64,000 nucleotides of DNA from Patescibacteria group bacterium (GTDB taxonomy: Bacteria > Patescibacteriota > Patescibacteriia > UBA9934), in contig JBAZXR010000001.1 in NCBI GenBank assembly GCA_041659765.1, forward strand, positions 659,338-723,337, in the 5' to 3' direction. Made by a program: the position numbers and the translations under genes. A model generated the notes under the pieces. That model was not told where the DNA came from and made no database searches. It saw only the letters and a program-made list of their open reading frames with translations. Numbering within the stretch: position 1 is the first letter of the stretch; every line of letters begins with the position of its first letter. Positions 18,748-27,412 of the stretch are shown piece after piece.

Positions 18748-21624
18748 TTACGGCAAGGTCCGAAGAGTGGTCTGGATCTGATCGTGTAAATCATCAATAC
18801 GTTTACGTTCATCGATACCCTTTGGCTCTGTAGGAGCGGCCCCCTGCATGGCTCGAGTATGTTCGATGGCAACTGCCTTGCCCAAAATCTCTAATCGCTG
18901 TCTTAGATCAGTACGAGTTGTCCCTTCTGACTTACCTATTTGACCGGCTAATTTATCTACATCGGGCGCTTTATATTTTCCATCTGCTCCCTGAGCCAAC
19001 TTTGTATTCTCGACCACTACTCTAGTTACAGCGTTAGACTTGGTAGCGTCCTTAATTGCTGGCTCTAAGTATTTCACATTTCCGACATCAGCCTTAATGA
19101 GCTGAGCCGTGTAGGCACGATCTTCCTTTGTGAAAGTTGGTGTTTCTGAATCCAGTCTTACGCCTGGAAGCACCTCAGCCAAAGGCTTACCGGCTCTAAG
19201 CAGCATGCCATGCGCGACGGTTGCGTCCTCATCGCTGATATTCTTAGTGGCCTTCATGTTGCTGACAGAAGTGGCAAATGCATCACGAGCTTCCGTCCCC
19301 ATGTACTCCTCCTTCACCTGCTCGTCAGCACGAATAACGCCACGCGTAAGCTCAAATCTTTGAGCTGTATCAGCGCCTGTAAAATCAGTAGGCTTGATCT
19401 CGGCTAATGTCACCTTTCCGCTCGACAAAGCGCTCGTAATGACCGGTGCTTTCTGTTTAGAAACAACATTATTTACAAATTCGCGTCTGACTGGGTTGTC
19501 CGTCACTACAGAAGGATCGAATGAACCAGCCCCGAGGTTATCAACATTAACTTTCGCGCCGACAAGTGCCTGTGCTAGCTGGTTACCCTTGGCGCCCTGG
19601 AAGTCCTCAGTTCTAACATCTGCAACGTTTATGCGTTTATCATCAAATGCTTCCTTAAGCGCATCCGGTCCAGCCGTAGCTTTCAACTGAGTAAATACCT
19701 CGGCTGTTTTAGCGGTATTGGCCTGGGCTTTATTCTCTTCGGTCAAACGACCCTTATACTTACCGGCCGCAAAACGATCAAGATAAGACACGTCCTTGTC
19801 CTTAACGCTTCTATCCTTTTCGGAAGCAAGGACCTCAAGAACTCCCGGATCCTTCAAGGCAGTATCGCTCACCTTAGAAGCCTGGAAGTCATCGGATTTC
19901 ACAAACTTCTTAACTGCCTCCTTATCAAGAGTGCCATCCGACTTCTTCATCAAATGTAGATTCTCGCTCTGTGTCTTGTAGAACGTGTCCTTCTCCTTAT
20001 CGTCGAGTCTTCCCTTCGATTCGTCTTCACGTTGAGTATTCATGGCCATGGTCAACAAGCTATCGCGATCCTCGTCGGAAACACCAAGATGCGCTGCTTC
20101 CTCTCGAAGTTTCTTATTAGCACTGTATTCAGCAATAAGAGCCCGGTCAGCTTCAGGTGAACCGAGACCAGAATTGCCACCCTTCGTAAGCATCTGTAGA
20201 GCAGAAACTTGATTCGCTCCACTCATGCCACGGACACGGTCAGTCGCAGCTTTTCTGCGAGCGCCACGTTCATGTTCGCCGGCCAATTCTAGTTTTCCAC
20301 CAGCCCCAGTAATTGCTTGTCCGGCGTATGCCGCTCCAGGAAGACTAGAAAGCCCAACTCTTTGTCCGGCTCCAATAATCCCCTGTCCAATAGATTCGCG
20401 AATACTACTAGATCCCTTCGGGGCATAGCGGGTATCGATCTCACTTCCTACATATCCACCGGCTCTACGAGCGGCCGTAAATGGCATGGTCAAAGCTCCA
20501 CCCACAACTTTTCTGCCCATACCTTCATTAATAACTTGAGAGGCTAGACCGCCAACTTTAGAGGCTTGTTCACCGGCTACTTGCATGCCGACGGTGAGTA
20601 AGATTAGAGCCAGAAGAAGACTGGTAATGTGACTGGAATCAAGTGCGGCTACGGAGAAATAGGTATCACCGGCAGGAGCCGGGGTGAAGCCTTCGCTGGC
20701 GGAAATAGACCCGCTAGATGAGGCGGCCAGCGCCAACCAGAGGAAGAACGTAAGAATGGGTCCCATCATGAGTGCGCCGGTAAACTTGCCCCACCATTGG
20801 CCGGCAGATTGTTCGGCGCCGTGGAAGATGCCCTTGATACCTCCCAGGAAAAAAGCCATGGGAGAGAGAATAACCAAGATCCACAGGAGAACAATACGAT
20901 AGAGGAAAGCTAGCGCGAGCAAGAACAAAATAGCGGCGATTGAACCGTAGAGAGGGATCTGCAAAAAAGCCGCGATGAATTGCGAGAAAGGCGTGATGCC
21001 TTCGCCGGAAGTGATTGAAGCCTGAATAGCGGCCTCCTGCATTTTGCCAAAATCATTCAGCTGGAACATTTGGGTAAAGTTACCCGCCGCGATATCTAGC
21101 AAAGCATTCACAAAAGTAAACATGATGACCTGGCTGATATCAATCAAGAGTCCACAAATAGTCCGGCTGAAGTTCATGAGCACAACGGCAATGAACAGCT
21201 GTGGCAGCTGCTGTTCCCAGTGCGCCCGATGGTTACCAACAATAGTGAAGATAGCTATAAAAATCAGGGCCACGATGACAAACATGTTCATCACGTCACG
21301 CACCAGTGACCAGCCGAGGCCAATGATTGGGCTGGTAGAAAAAGAGTTGTAGTTTAAAATTGGAACAATGATGACTTCAATTAACAGTAGGATCAATTTT
21401 CCTAAGCCAAGAACAATATAGTTAAGAATCCAAGTAAGAGTTGTAATGATCATGTTGCCCAGCGCCGTGGCTCCCAAAACCGTATTTTCGCCGGTTGCAA
21501 AAACAGGGTACACCTGACCAAAAATAGCGCTCACCGATACAAAAACAACAATCACCAAAGAGATCGTCCCTTGGTGACGAGAAAAAAACTGCAATCCTTT
21601 CCGCAAAAGCGGTCGTAAGTCCAT
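18748..21624 (-). CDS. VirB6/TrbL-like polytopic membrane protein with long soluble C-terminal tail
   Basis: GWSLVRDVMNMF, LMNFSRTICGLLID, RIVLLWILVILSPMAF, WW.KF; Gly-rich then charged tail. Confidence 0.75.
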   Translation of the reverse strand: MDLRPLLRKGLQFFSRHQGTISLVIVVFVSVSAIFGQVYPVFATGENTVLGATALGNMIITTLTWILNYIVLGLGKLILLLIEVIIVPILNYNSFSTSPIIGLGWSLVRDVMNMFVIVALIFIAIFTIVGNHRAHWEQQLPQLFIAVVLMNFSRTICGLLIDISQVIMFTFVNALLDIAAGNFTQMFQLNDFGKMQEAAIQASITSGEGITPFSQFIAAFLQIPLYGSIAAILFLLALAFLYRIVLLWILVILSPMAFFLGGIKGIFHGAEQSAGQWWGKFTGALMMGPILTFFLWLALAASSSGSISASEGFTPAPAGDTYFSVAALDSSHITSLLLALILLTVGMQVAGEQASKVGGLASQVINEGMGRKVVGGALTMPFTAARRAGGYVGSEIDTRYAPKGSSSIRESIGQGIIGAGQRVGLSSLPGAAYAGQAITGAGGKLELAGEHERGARRKAATDRVRGMSGANQVSALQMLTKGGNSGLGSPEADRALIAEYSANKKLREEAAHLGVSDEDRDSLLTMAMNTQREDESKGRLDDKEKDTFYKTQSENLHLMKKSDGTLDKEAVKKFVKSDDFQASKVSDTALKDPGVLEVLASEKDRSVKDKDVSYLDRFAAGKYKGRLTEENKAQANTAKTAEVFTQLKATAGPDALKEAFDDKRINVADVRTEDFQGAKGNQLAQALVGAKVNVDNLGAGSFDPSVVTDNPVRREFVNNVVSKQKAPVITSALSSGKVTLAEIKPTDFTGADTAQRFELTRGVIRADEQVKEEYMGTEARDAFATSVSNMKATKNISDEDATVAHGMLLRAGKPLAEVLPGVRLDSETPTFTKEDRAYTAQLIKADVGNVKYLEPAIKDATKSNAVTRVVVENTKLAQGADGKYKAPDVDKLAGQIGKSEGTTRTDLRQRLEILGKAVAIEHTRAMQGAAPTEPKGIDERKRIDDLHDQIQTTLRTLP

Positions 21625-21692
21625 AACATGCAGATTATAACACGAGAGAAAGAATGGAGGCGCCCGTATTTCCACGAGCGCCCCAAGAGTTT

Positions 21693-23429
21693 CTACGGAA
21701 TTTCGAGTTCAAGCTGACACCCCGCACTGTTCGGATCAGCAACAGCGCGAGTCGTGACCGACTGACCGTTGACCTTGGCGTCGATAATCCCCTGGATCGT
21801 TCCGGGAGGAAATGGTGCCAGACATGACCAGGACTCAACGCTCCCAATGCCGTAGGCCACGGAGAAGCGGAGCTTGTCGCCGGGCTTAGCATCAGAACGG
21901 CTATAGTCGAGCGAACTCGAGCTGTGCGCATCTGCCAGAACCGAATTCCAGTCAGTCACTTGCCCGGACGAGTAGGTCCAGATGCCGGCAACGGTGAGCC
22001 AGTCGGCGCGGACTTGGCCGGGAGTGGTCCAGCGGAGCTGGAACGCTTCCCCTTCCACCGCCGCAGCTGTGTCATCACCTGAGTCCGTTCCTTCGGACAC
22101 ACCCGATCCCGAATCTTCATCGCCTTGCTGTTCATGGTCTACCTCCTCGGAGTGAGCGCACTCCGTGATGTCGTTTTTGGTGATGCAGAACATGTCTGTC
22201 TGACAGTTTCCCTTGGCTTTCACGTTCGTGGCGAGTTCGTCGCCGGTCACCGGAATGATGTCCCGCTCGCCGAACCCGAGGAGGAGGAACGTATCCCAGT
22301 CCGCGATCGGCATGGCTACGCCCTCATCCATGATGTACACGTCGGGTTTCCCGACCTGGCTCAAGAGCGCCCCGTCGCGGTAAGTGGCTCGTCCCGCGTT
22401 CGGGTACAGGCTGATGCCCGCGTCACTTCCGTGATCGATGTCGTCGTAGGAGCTGGCTCGGATGCCATAGCTGGCGAGCAAACCCGCAGTGCCCGTTTCA
22501 TCCACGCGGAACCGCTGGCGCTCGGGATCGGTCGATTCGCCGATCAAAAGCCAGGCGTCATCGTGCGAATCACGGAGCGCGCTGACGTGGCTGGCGCTGA
22601 ACTCGGCCACGGTCTCGCCGTAGCACTCGAGCTCCTCCGGAGACACGAGCACGACATCCGCGAAGTTGAGTCCGCGCGACAAGAAGGCGCCCTCGTTCAT
22701 GAAGGCCAGGAGGCCGTTGCCAGAAGTGCGTTCATAGACGAGCGAGTCCCCCGCCTGCTTGAGCAGACTGCCCACCGGATGCCAGTGCGCAGTCGACAGT
22801 TCCGACTGGTACACGTGGCCGCCCGAGAGCGAGCAAACGGCGTCCGTGGTCATCACTTCCACCTCGTTTCCACTCGCGAGGTCAACTGCTCGGAGCTTGA
22901 GCCCCGAGAGACTGGCGCCCACGTCCGCCGGCTTCTGGGCATTGCCCGAGTGCCGGCCGAAGTGCACGTGATCGCCGGTGGAAGCCCCGGTGGTTCCTTC
23001 GAACCCCAGGATCTGCCCCGCCGTCACGTCCGTACCGTTGCCCACGAACACGTCCTCCAGATGGCCCATAAGCAGATACGTACCGTCATGCAGATCCAGA
23101 TTCACGTGCCGGCCGAAGCCGTGCGAACCGTCATCATGCACATAGGCCGTGCCGTTCATGGGCGCGTAGACCAGGTCATTCTGGTCATTCGGCGTATCGA
23201 GGTCGAGGTCGTACTTCGTGCTCGTGTACTTGTGCGAGTACGAACCGTTCGCGCCCTGGACACACCGCGCCTGATACCCGGCTGAGAATGGCAAGTCCGC
23301 CACAATGGCATCCGTGCCGCCGCCCTCGCCATCCGGCGGATTGACGACACGATCGAACTGGCATTCCTGGCCACAACAGCCGTGAAGGAAGAACGAAACC
23401 AAGAAGAACACGGGAACTTTCGGATCCAT
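21693..23429 (-). CDS. M23 family metallopeptidase lipoprotein
   Basis: GGAGG RBS, lipobox-like LHGC, H..YDLD, GFGRHV, GHL, GTTGASTGDHVHF; visibly GC-rich. Confidence 0.85.
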   Translation of the reverse strand: MDPKVPVFFLVSFFLHGCCGQECQFDRVVNPPDGEGGGTDAIVADLPFSAGYQARCVQGANGSYSHKYTSTKYDLDLDTPNDQNDLVYAPMNGTAYVHDDGSHGFGRHVNLDLHDGTYLLMGHLEDVFVGNGTDVTAGQILGFEGTTGASTGDHVHFGRHSGNAQKPADVGASLSGLKLRAVDLASGNEVEVMTTDAVCSLSGGHVYQSELSTAHWHPVGSLLKQAGDSLVYERTSGNGLLAFMNEGAFLSRGLNFADVVLVSPEELECYGETVAEFSASHVSALRDSHDDAWLLIGESTDPERQRFRVDETGTAGLLASYGIRASSYDDIDHGSDAGISLYPNAGRATYRDGALLSQVGKPDVYIMDEGVAMPIADWDTFLLLGFGERDIIPVTGDELATNVKAKGNCQTDMFCITKNDITECAHSEEVDHEQQGDEDSGSGVSEGTDSGDDTAAAVEGEAFQLRWTTPGQVRADWLTVAGIWTYSSGQVTDWNSVLADAHSSSSLDYSRSDAKPGDKLRFSVAYGIGSVESWSCLAPFPPGTIQGIIDAKVNGQSVTTRAVADPNSAGCQLELEIP

Positions 23430-23455
23430 TGGATCCTCCAAACGTGATTGGGGAA

Positions 23456-23785
23456 GATTATTCCGCCCCGAACGTCATGGGAGTAACGGTGACGTTCGGA
23501 GGGAGTAATCACTGACCCGGTTTGATACTCTTGGGAATTTGCATTGATCGAGAACGGAAATGGAGTCAAACTCCCCAGTTAAAACTCCATTTCCGGCAAT
23601 GTGCTACCAGTTCGCGGCTGTGTTTCCATGGCGCCCTTCCCTTTTGTTCAGTCAGGGCGCGAGAGATTGTCAGCTGCGAGGTTGCTAGGTGGCCGCCTAG
23701 CGTGGAACGTCCTAAAGACATTTCACCCCGAATCAAAAACGCGCTCAACGCGCGCCTGGCCAATACTTGTCGGTGACCGCCGACA
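23456..23785. other. multi-hairpin non-coding region (candidate structured RNA/leader)
   Basis: At least five inverted repeats, e.g. 23468-77/23490-99 and 23555-66/23584-95. Confidence 0.45.
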
Positions 23786-23903
23786 TCATCAAACAATCCT
23801 GAGTTCTGCTATGAAAATAGCCTGCCGGTGATGACCGACAGATACTGGGGATAAGAAAAGAAAAAGCCCCGAGCAGTGGCTCGAGGCGTTTACGAAATAC
23901 TTC

Positions 23904-24125
23904 TTACAACGGATCTTGATAGACCCAGCCCAGAAAAAAGCGCAGACCAATAGCAACAAACATCCAAACCACTAACCAAACAACCGCAAACGCAAACTGT
24001 CCTCTCGTCGCATCGCGCTCCGTCATCATGGGGACGCTTGCAGCAATCAATCCAATGATCATTGCCGGAATGTACCAACGCCATCCGAGCGGATCTGGAG
24101 GAATATTTGTGGGAACAATCATCAA
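23904..24125 (-). CDS. small 2-TM membrane protein
   Basis: Two hydrophobic helices, GAGG upstream, hairpin downstream. Confidence 0.55.
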   Translation of the reverse strand: MMIVPTNIPPDPLGWRWYIPAMIIGLIAASVPMMTERDATRGQFAFAVVWLVVWMFVAIGLRFFLGWVYQDPL

Positions 24126-24235
24126 AACACCTCTTGTTGCAAAAACAACATACCGTAATGAAGAATTAAATAGTAGCGCATTATCAAGTCTTCTCTATTT
24201 ATAGCTAATATTAGCATATTTATTGACTATTTTGG

Positions 24236-24264
24236 TTGACAGAAACCCAGTTTTGTGCTATCAT
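24236..24264 (+). promoter_or_regulatory. sigma70 promoter
   Basis: TTGACA-17 nt-TATCAT with TG extension. Confidence 0.75.
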
Positions 24265-24300
24265 GGAATGTTTGAAAACGTTTACACATAGGAGTCAACA

Positions 24301-24582
24301 ATGTCTCTCACGAACCTTATCGTCGCCTACCCGTTCGGCCTCATCGGCTGCGGACTGTCGCTGCTCTACACCGTTTACGGCATTCCCGTTCAGATGTACC
24401 GCATCTGGAAAGTGAAGAGCGTAAAGGAAATCCCCGCCTCGCCTCAGTGGATTGGCCTCACGATCGCCTTTCACATCGGCATCCAACAATATCTGCAGGG
24501 CAACGATGGCCTTGCAACCGCCATGCTCGCAAACTTCATCGGAACCGGACTCGTCCTGTGCCAGATCCGCTACTACCGGTAG
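24301..24582 (+). CDS. SemiSWEET/PQ-loop-like 3-TM transporter
   Basis: GIPVQMYRIWKVKSVKEI, three TMs, conserved AN near C-terminus, AGGAG RBS. Confidence 0.7.
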   Translation: MSLTNLIVAYPFGLIGCGLSLLYTVYGIPVQMYRIWKVKSVKEIPASPQWIGLTIAFHIGIQQYLQGNDGLATAMLANFIGTGLVLCQIRYYR

Positions 24583-24666
24583 CAACCGCCGCCGGCCACG
24601 CCGCACCTCTCATAGGTGCGGTTTTGTTTTGCGTTGACGAAACAGCAATGAAACGCTAGTCTCAGC

Positions 24667-25134
24667 ATGGAGGTTCCAATGTCCGTCTGTCTCTTTTGTT
24701 CATTCGTGGCAGGAGAAATACCTTGTCACCGCGTGTGGGAAGATGAAGGTCACCTAGCATTCCTGACCATCTTCCCGAACACTCCGGGTTTCACCGTAGT
24801 GATCCCGAAGGTGCATCGTTCGAGCTACGCGTTTGACCTGCCGACTGAAGAGCTATCAGCCCTGGTCGCCGCAGCAAAAACCGTCGCCAAGCTGATCGAT
24901 CGCGCATTCGATGACGTCGGACGGACCGCGCTTATCTTTGAGGGGTTCGGCGTTGACCATGTACATGCCAAACTCATCCCGCTCCATGGGACGCGCATGG
25001 AGGAGTGGCGGCCGATTCTCTCCGCCTTGCACCCGTTCACCGAAAAGTACGAGGGCTTCATCACCACCCACGACGGCCCACGCGCCAGTGATGAAGAACT
25101 CGCCCGAATTGCCGATCGTATCCGAAACGCATGA
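24667..25134 (+). CDS. HIT family hydrolase
   Basis: CLFC, PNTPGFTVVIPK.H, GFGVDHVHAKL; start may be 24679. Confidence 0.9.
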   Translation: MEVPMSVCLFCSFVAGEIPCHRVWEDEGHLAFLTIFPNTPGFTVVIPKVHRSSYAFDLPTEELSALVAAAKTVAKLIDRAFDDVGRTALIFEGFGVDHVHAKLIPLHGTRMEEWRPILSALHPFTEKYEGFITTHDGPRASDEELARIADRIRNA

Positions 25135-25224
25135 CCCCCTGGGGGGCTGCGTTTTTCCTTATCTAAATCCATCGTACAAAGATTGACCAAAACGTAAATT
25201 TACACTAAGGAAAGAGAACAAACT

Positions 25225-25659
25225 ATGTCCCACATTCATAACATTGCCCGTGGACTGTGCGTAAAAAATGGAGCCGTTCTGCTCGCTTGGCACAAGGTGC
25301 AACAGTACTATTTCCTTCCGGGTGGCCACGTGGAGACCGGAGAATCCAGCGCAGCGGCTCTGGTCCGCGAATTCATGGAGGAACTGGGGATCGCCGTTAC
25401 GTGTGGAGACTTCCTAGTCCTCTTTGAGCACGCGTGGAAGAATGGCGAACTCATACAACATGAACTGACTAGTGTCTTCATGGTCGACGACGTCAATCCG
25501 AATGCCCCGGTGCAGTCACGGATCGAGCACCTGGAATTCAAGTGGGTTCCGTTGACCGAACTCTCGGCCGTGAAATTCCTCCCGTCAGAATTGAAAGAAA
25601 CGATCATGGATGCGGCCGCCGGAAGGTCCACTCCCCACTTCCTTTCTACCATGCGCTAG
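25225..25659 (+). CDS. NUDIX hydrolase
   Basis: Nudix box PGGHVETGESSAAALVREFMEELG. Confidence 0.92.
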   Translation: MSHIHNIARGLCVKNGAVLLAWHKVQQYYFLPGGHVETGESSAAALVREFMEELGIAVTCGDFLVLFEHAWKNGELIQHELTSVFMVDDVNPNAPVQSRIEHLEFKWVPLTELSAVKFLPSELKETIMDAAAGRSTPHFLSTMR

Positions 25660-25832
25660 AGCCCGAATATCGGGCTAAAGCGACGAAACCACCCTTCAGG
25701 CAGCCTGCCTGGTGGGTGGATTTTTTAACAGCCTTTCTTGACTTTTCACTCTTTTTCTGCTAATCTCAGCTCACCAGCCGGGCAAGTGCCTGGTCGAAGT
25801 TTTCACAAAGTTTCACCAAGTAGGAGACGCCA

Positions 25833-26600
25833 ATGCGCGCCAATATCACGGTTTCGTGCCTTGTTCTTTTCACCCTGTCCGCCTGCCACCCGTGCGAGGA
25901 CTGTCAGGAAACGGATCCCGACTGCCAGGCCTGCGAAACGGGCGACACCGGCGGCGATACGTCCGTTCATGGCTTTGCCCACATCACGGCCGTGGCCTAC
26001 CGACTGGGTGTGGCCACGACGGATTCCCTGATCCGCCTCGTGGGCGACATCAAGCAGTACAGCCTCACGAGCGGTGGTGCCGAGGACATCGACGCCCCCG
26101 GCGACTACACCGCGGAGGTAGGCGACGTGGTCGCTCCGTTCACCTTCCCGGTGGACCAGAGCGGCAACGACTTCTGGGCCGCCCCGATCGTGCCCTTCGC
26201 CGTCCAGCTGAACGTCCCCGACACCATCCGCCTCGACGAGTTCAAGCTCTTCGAACCGGGAACGTACCGGTGCGGGTATGACATGTGGCGATACGATGAG
26301 GCGGCGGCCGATCACAAGGGTGTCTTCATTCGCCACACCGACCTCGACGATCAGCACATCGAGGTTGGCCACGACGGCAAGGTATGGGTACAGGGAAGCA
26401 ATCCCATGATGGACGTCAACGGCGACGATGACGACTACATGCAGGTGGAAGGCGATCATTTCGTCCTCCATCTCGAAGGGTTCTCCTCAAGCTGGGGAAT
26501 CGTGATCACAGCCAGTTCCATCAACAAGACCTCCTTCACCGAAACGACGGAGGCGGCTGCGGACAACAACGTCGCCGAGATGTCCTGCGTCAAGCGCTGA
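25833..26600 (+). CDS. acidic GC-rich lipoprotein, unknown function
   Basis: AGGAG RBS, lipobox LSAC, CxxC pairs, ETGDTGGDTS; own promoter (TTGACT...TAATCT) and terminator. Confidence 0.7.
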   Translation: MRANITVSCLVLFTLSACHPCEDCQETDPDCQACETGDTGGDTSVHGFAHITAVAYRLGVATTDSLIRLVGDIKQYSLTSGGAEDIDAPGDYTAEVGDVVAPFTFPVDQSGNDFWAAPIVPFAVQLNVPDTIRLDEFKLFEPGTYRCGYDMWRYDEAAADHKGVFIRHTDLDDQHIEVGHDGKVWVQGSNPMMDVNGDDDDYMQVEGDHFVLHLEGFSSSWGIVITASSINKTSFTETTEAAADNNVAEMSCVKR

Positions 26601-26770
26601 CCGCGTCCGTTCGGTGACAACACGAGTCCTTCCATTTTCGAGAGAAAAATGGCAGGGCTCGTTCTTTTTTATCCCCACCCATTTTCCATCTCCACAGAAA
26701 ACATGGTGCAATATATTTACCTCCCCAGGCGTAAATGTCCGACGCATATCGGTCAAACACATGGGGTTTT

Positions 26771-27373
26771 ATGTTTAATCGGAGATCAATTCGATTGCGT
26801 CACCACGACTATACGGAATCAAATACATATTTCGTCACGATCTGCACTGATAAAATGCGCGAATTATTCGGCACCGTGATCCACTCTGAGATGGTATTAA
26901 ATGATTTTGGAAAAATCGCCCACGATGAATGGAGAAATACACCAATCATTCGCCCATACGTGATTCTGGATGAATTTATCATCATGCCAAATCATATTCA
27001 TGGAATAATCGATATCGGGCCGCGGAAAAAGGGCATGGCAGCGCCATGCCCCTACACCGGACCCGAATCGATGGTGGCCGCGCCACGCACATTCGGCCAT
27101 CCGCAATCGCATTCATTGGGATCCATCATCGGATCCATCAAATCCGCCATCTCCAAAAGGATCCGAAATTCGGCGTACGGGCATGGCGGTGCCATGCCCG
27201 TTGCCTTGCCCTCTAGCCCAACCTTGCCTCCAAAAATCTGGCACACAAATTATTACGAAAATATCGTACGGAAATATGGGGCAATTGATCGTATTCGCAA
27301 ATACATCAGAGAAAACCCCGCCAAGTGGGAACGTGATAGAAATAATCCCAATCCTCACCCGGTGATCAGCTAA
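26771..27373 (+). mobile_element. REP-associated tyrosine transposase (RAYT, IS200/IS605 Y1 HUH family)
   Basis: RRSIRL..HDY, YFVTICT, MPNHIHGII (HUH), W..NYYE.I.R, IRKYIRENP.KW. Confidence 0.9.
27031..27201. repeat. inverted pair of REP-like palindromes inside the RAYT gene
   Basis: GGGCATGGC-AGC-GCCATGCCC-CTAC (27031-27055) and GTAC-GGGCATGGC-GGT-GCCATGCCC (27175-27199). Confidence 0.75.
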
Positions 27374-27412
27374 ATACAAAATCCCCCTCACCTTTCAGTG
27401 GGGGGATTTTAT

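Noticed and set aside
13479-21624. Integrative conjugative element or prophage
   Set aside because: No integrase, relaxase, att repeats or phage structural genes; composition matches the core genome
22125-23285. 386-aa + strand ORF
   Set aside because: Antisense shadow of the GC-rich M23 peptidase gene; no motifs
23456-23840. tmRNA, RNase P RNA or SRP RNA
   Set aside because: No tRNA-like ends, GAGGAAAGTCC or SRP loop signature recognised on either strand
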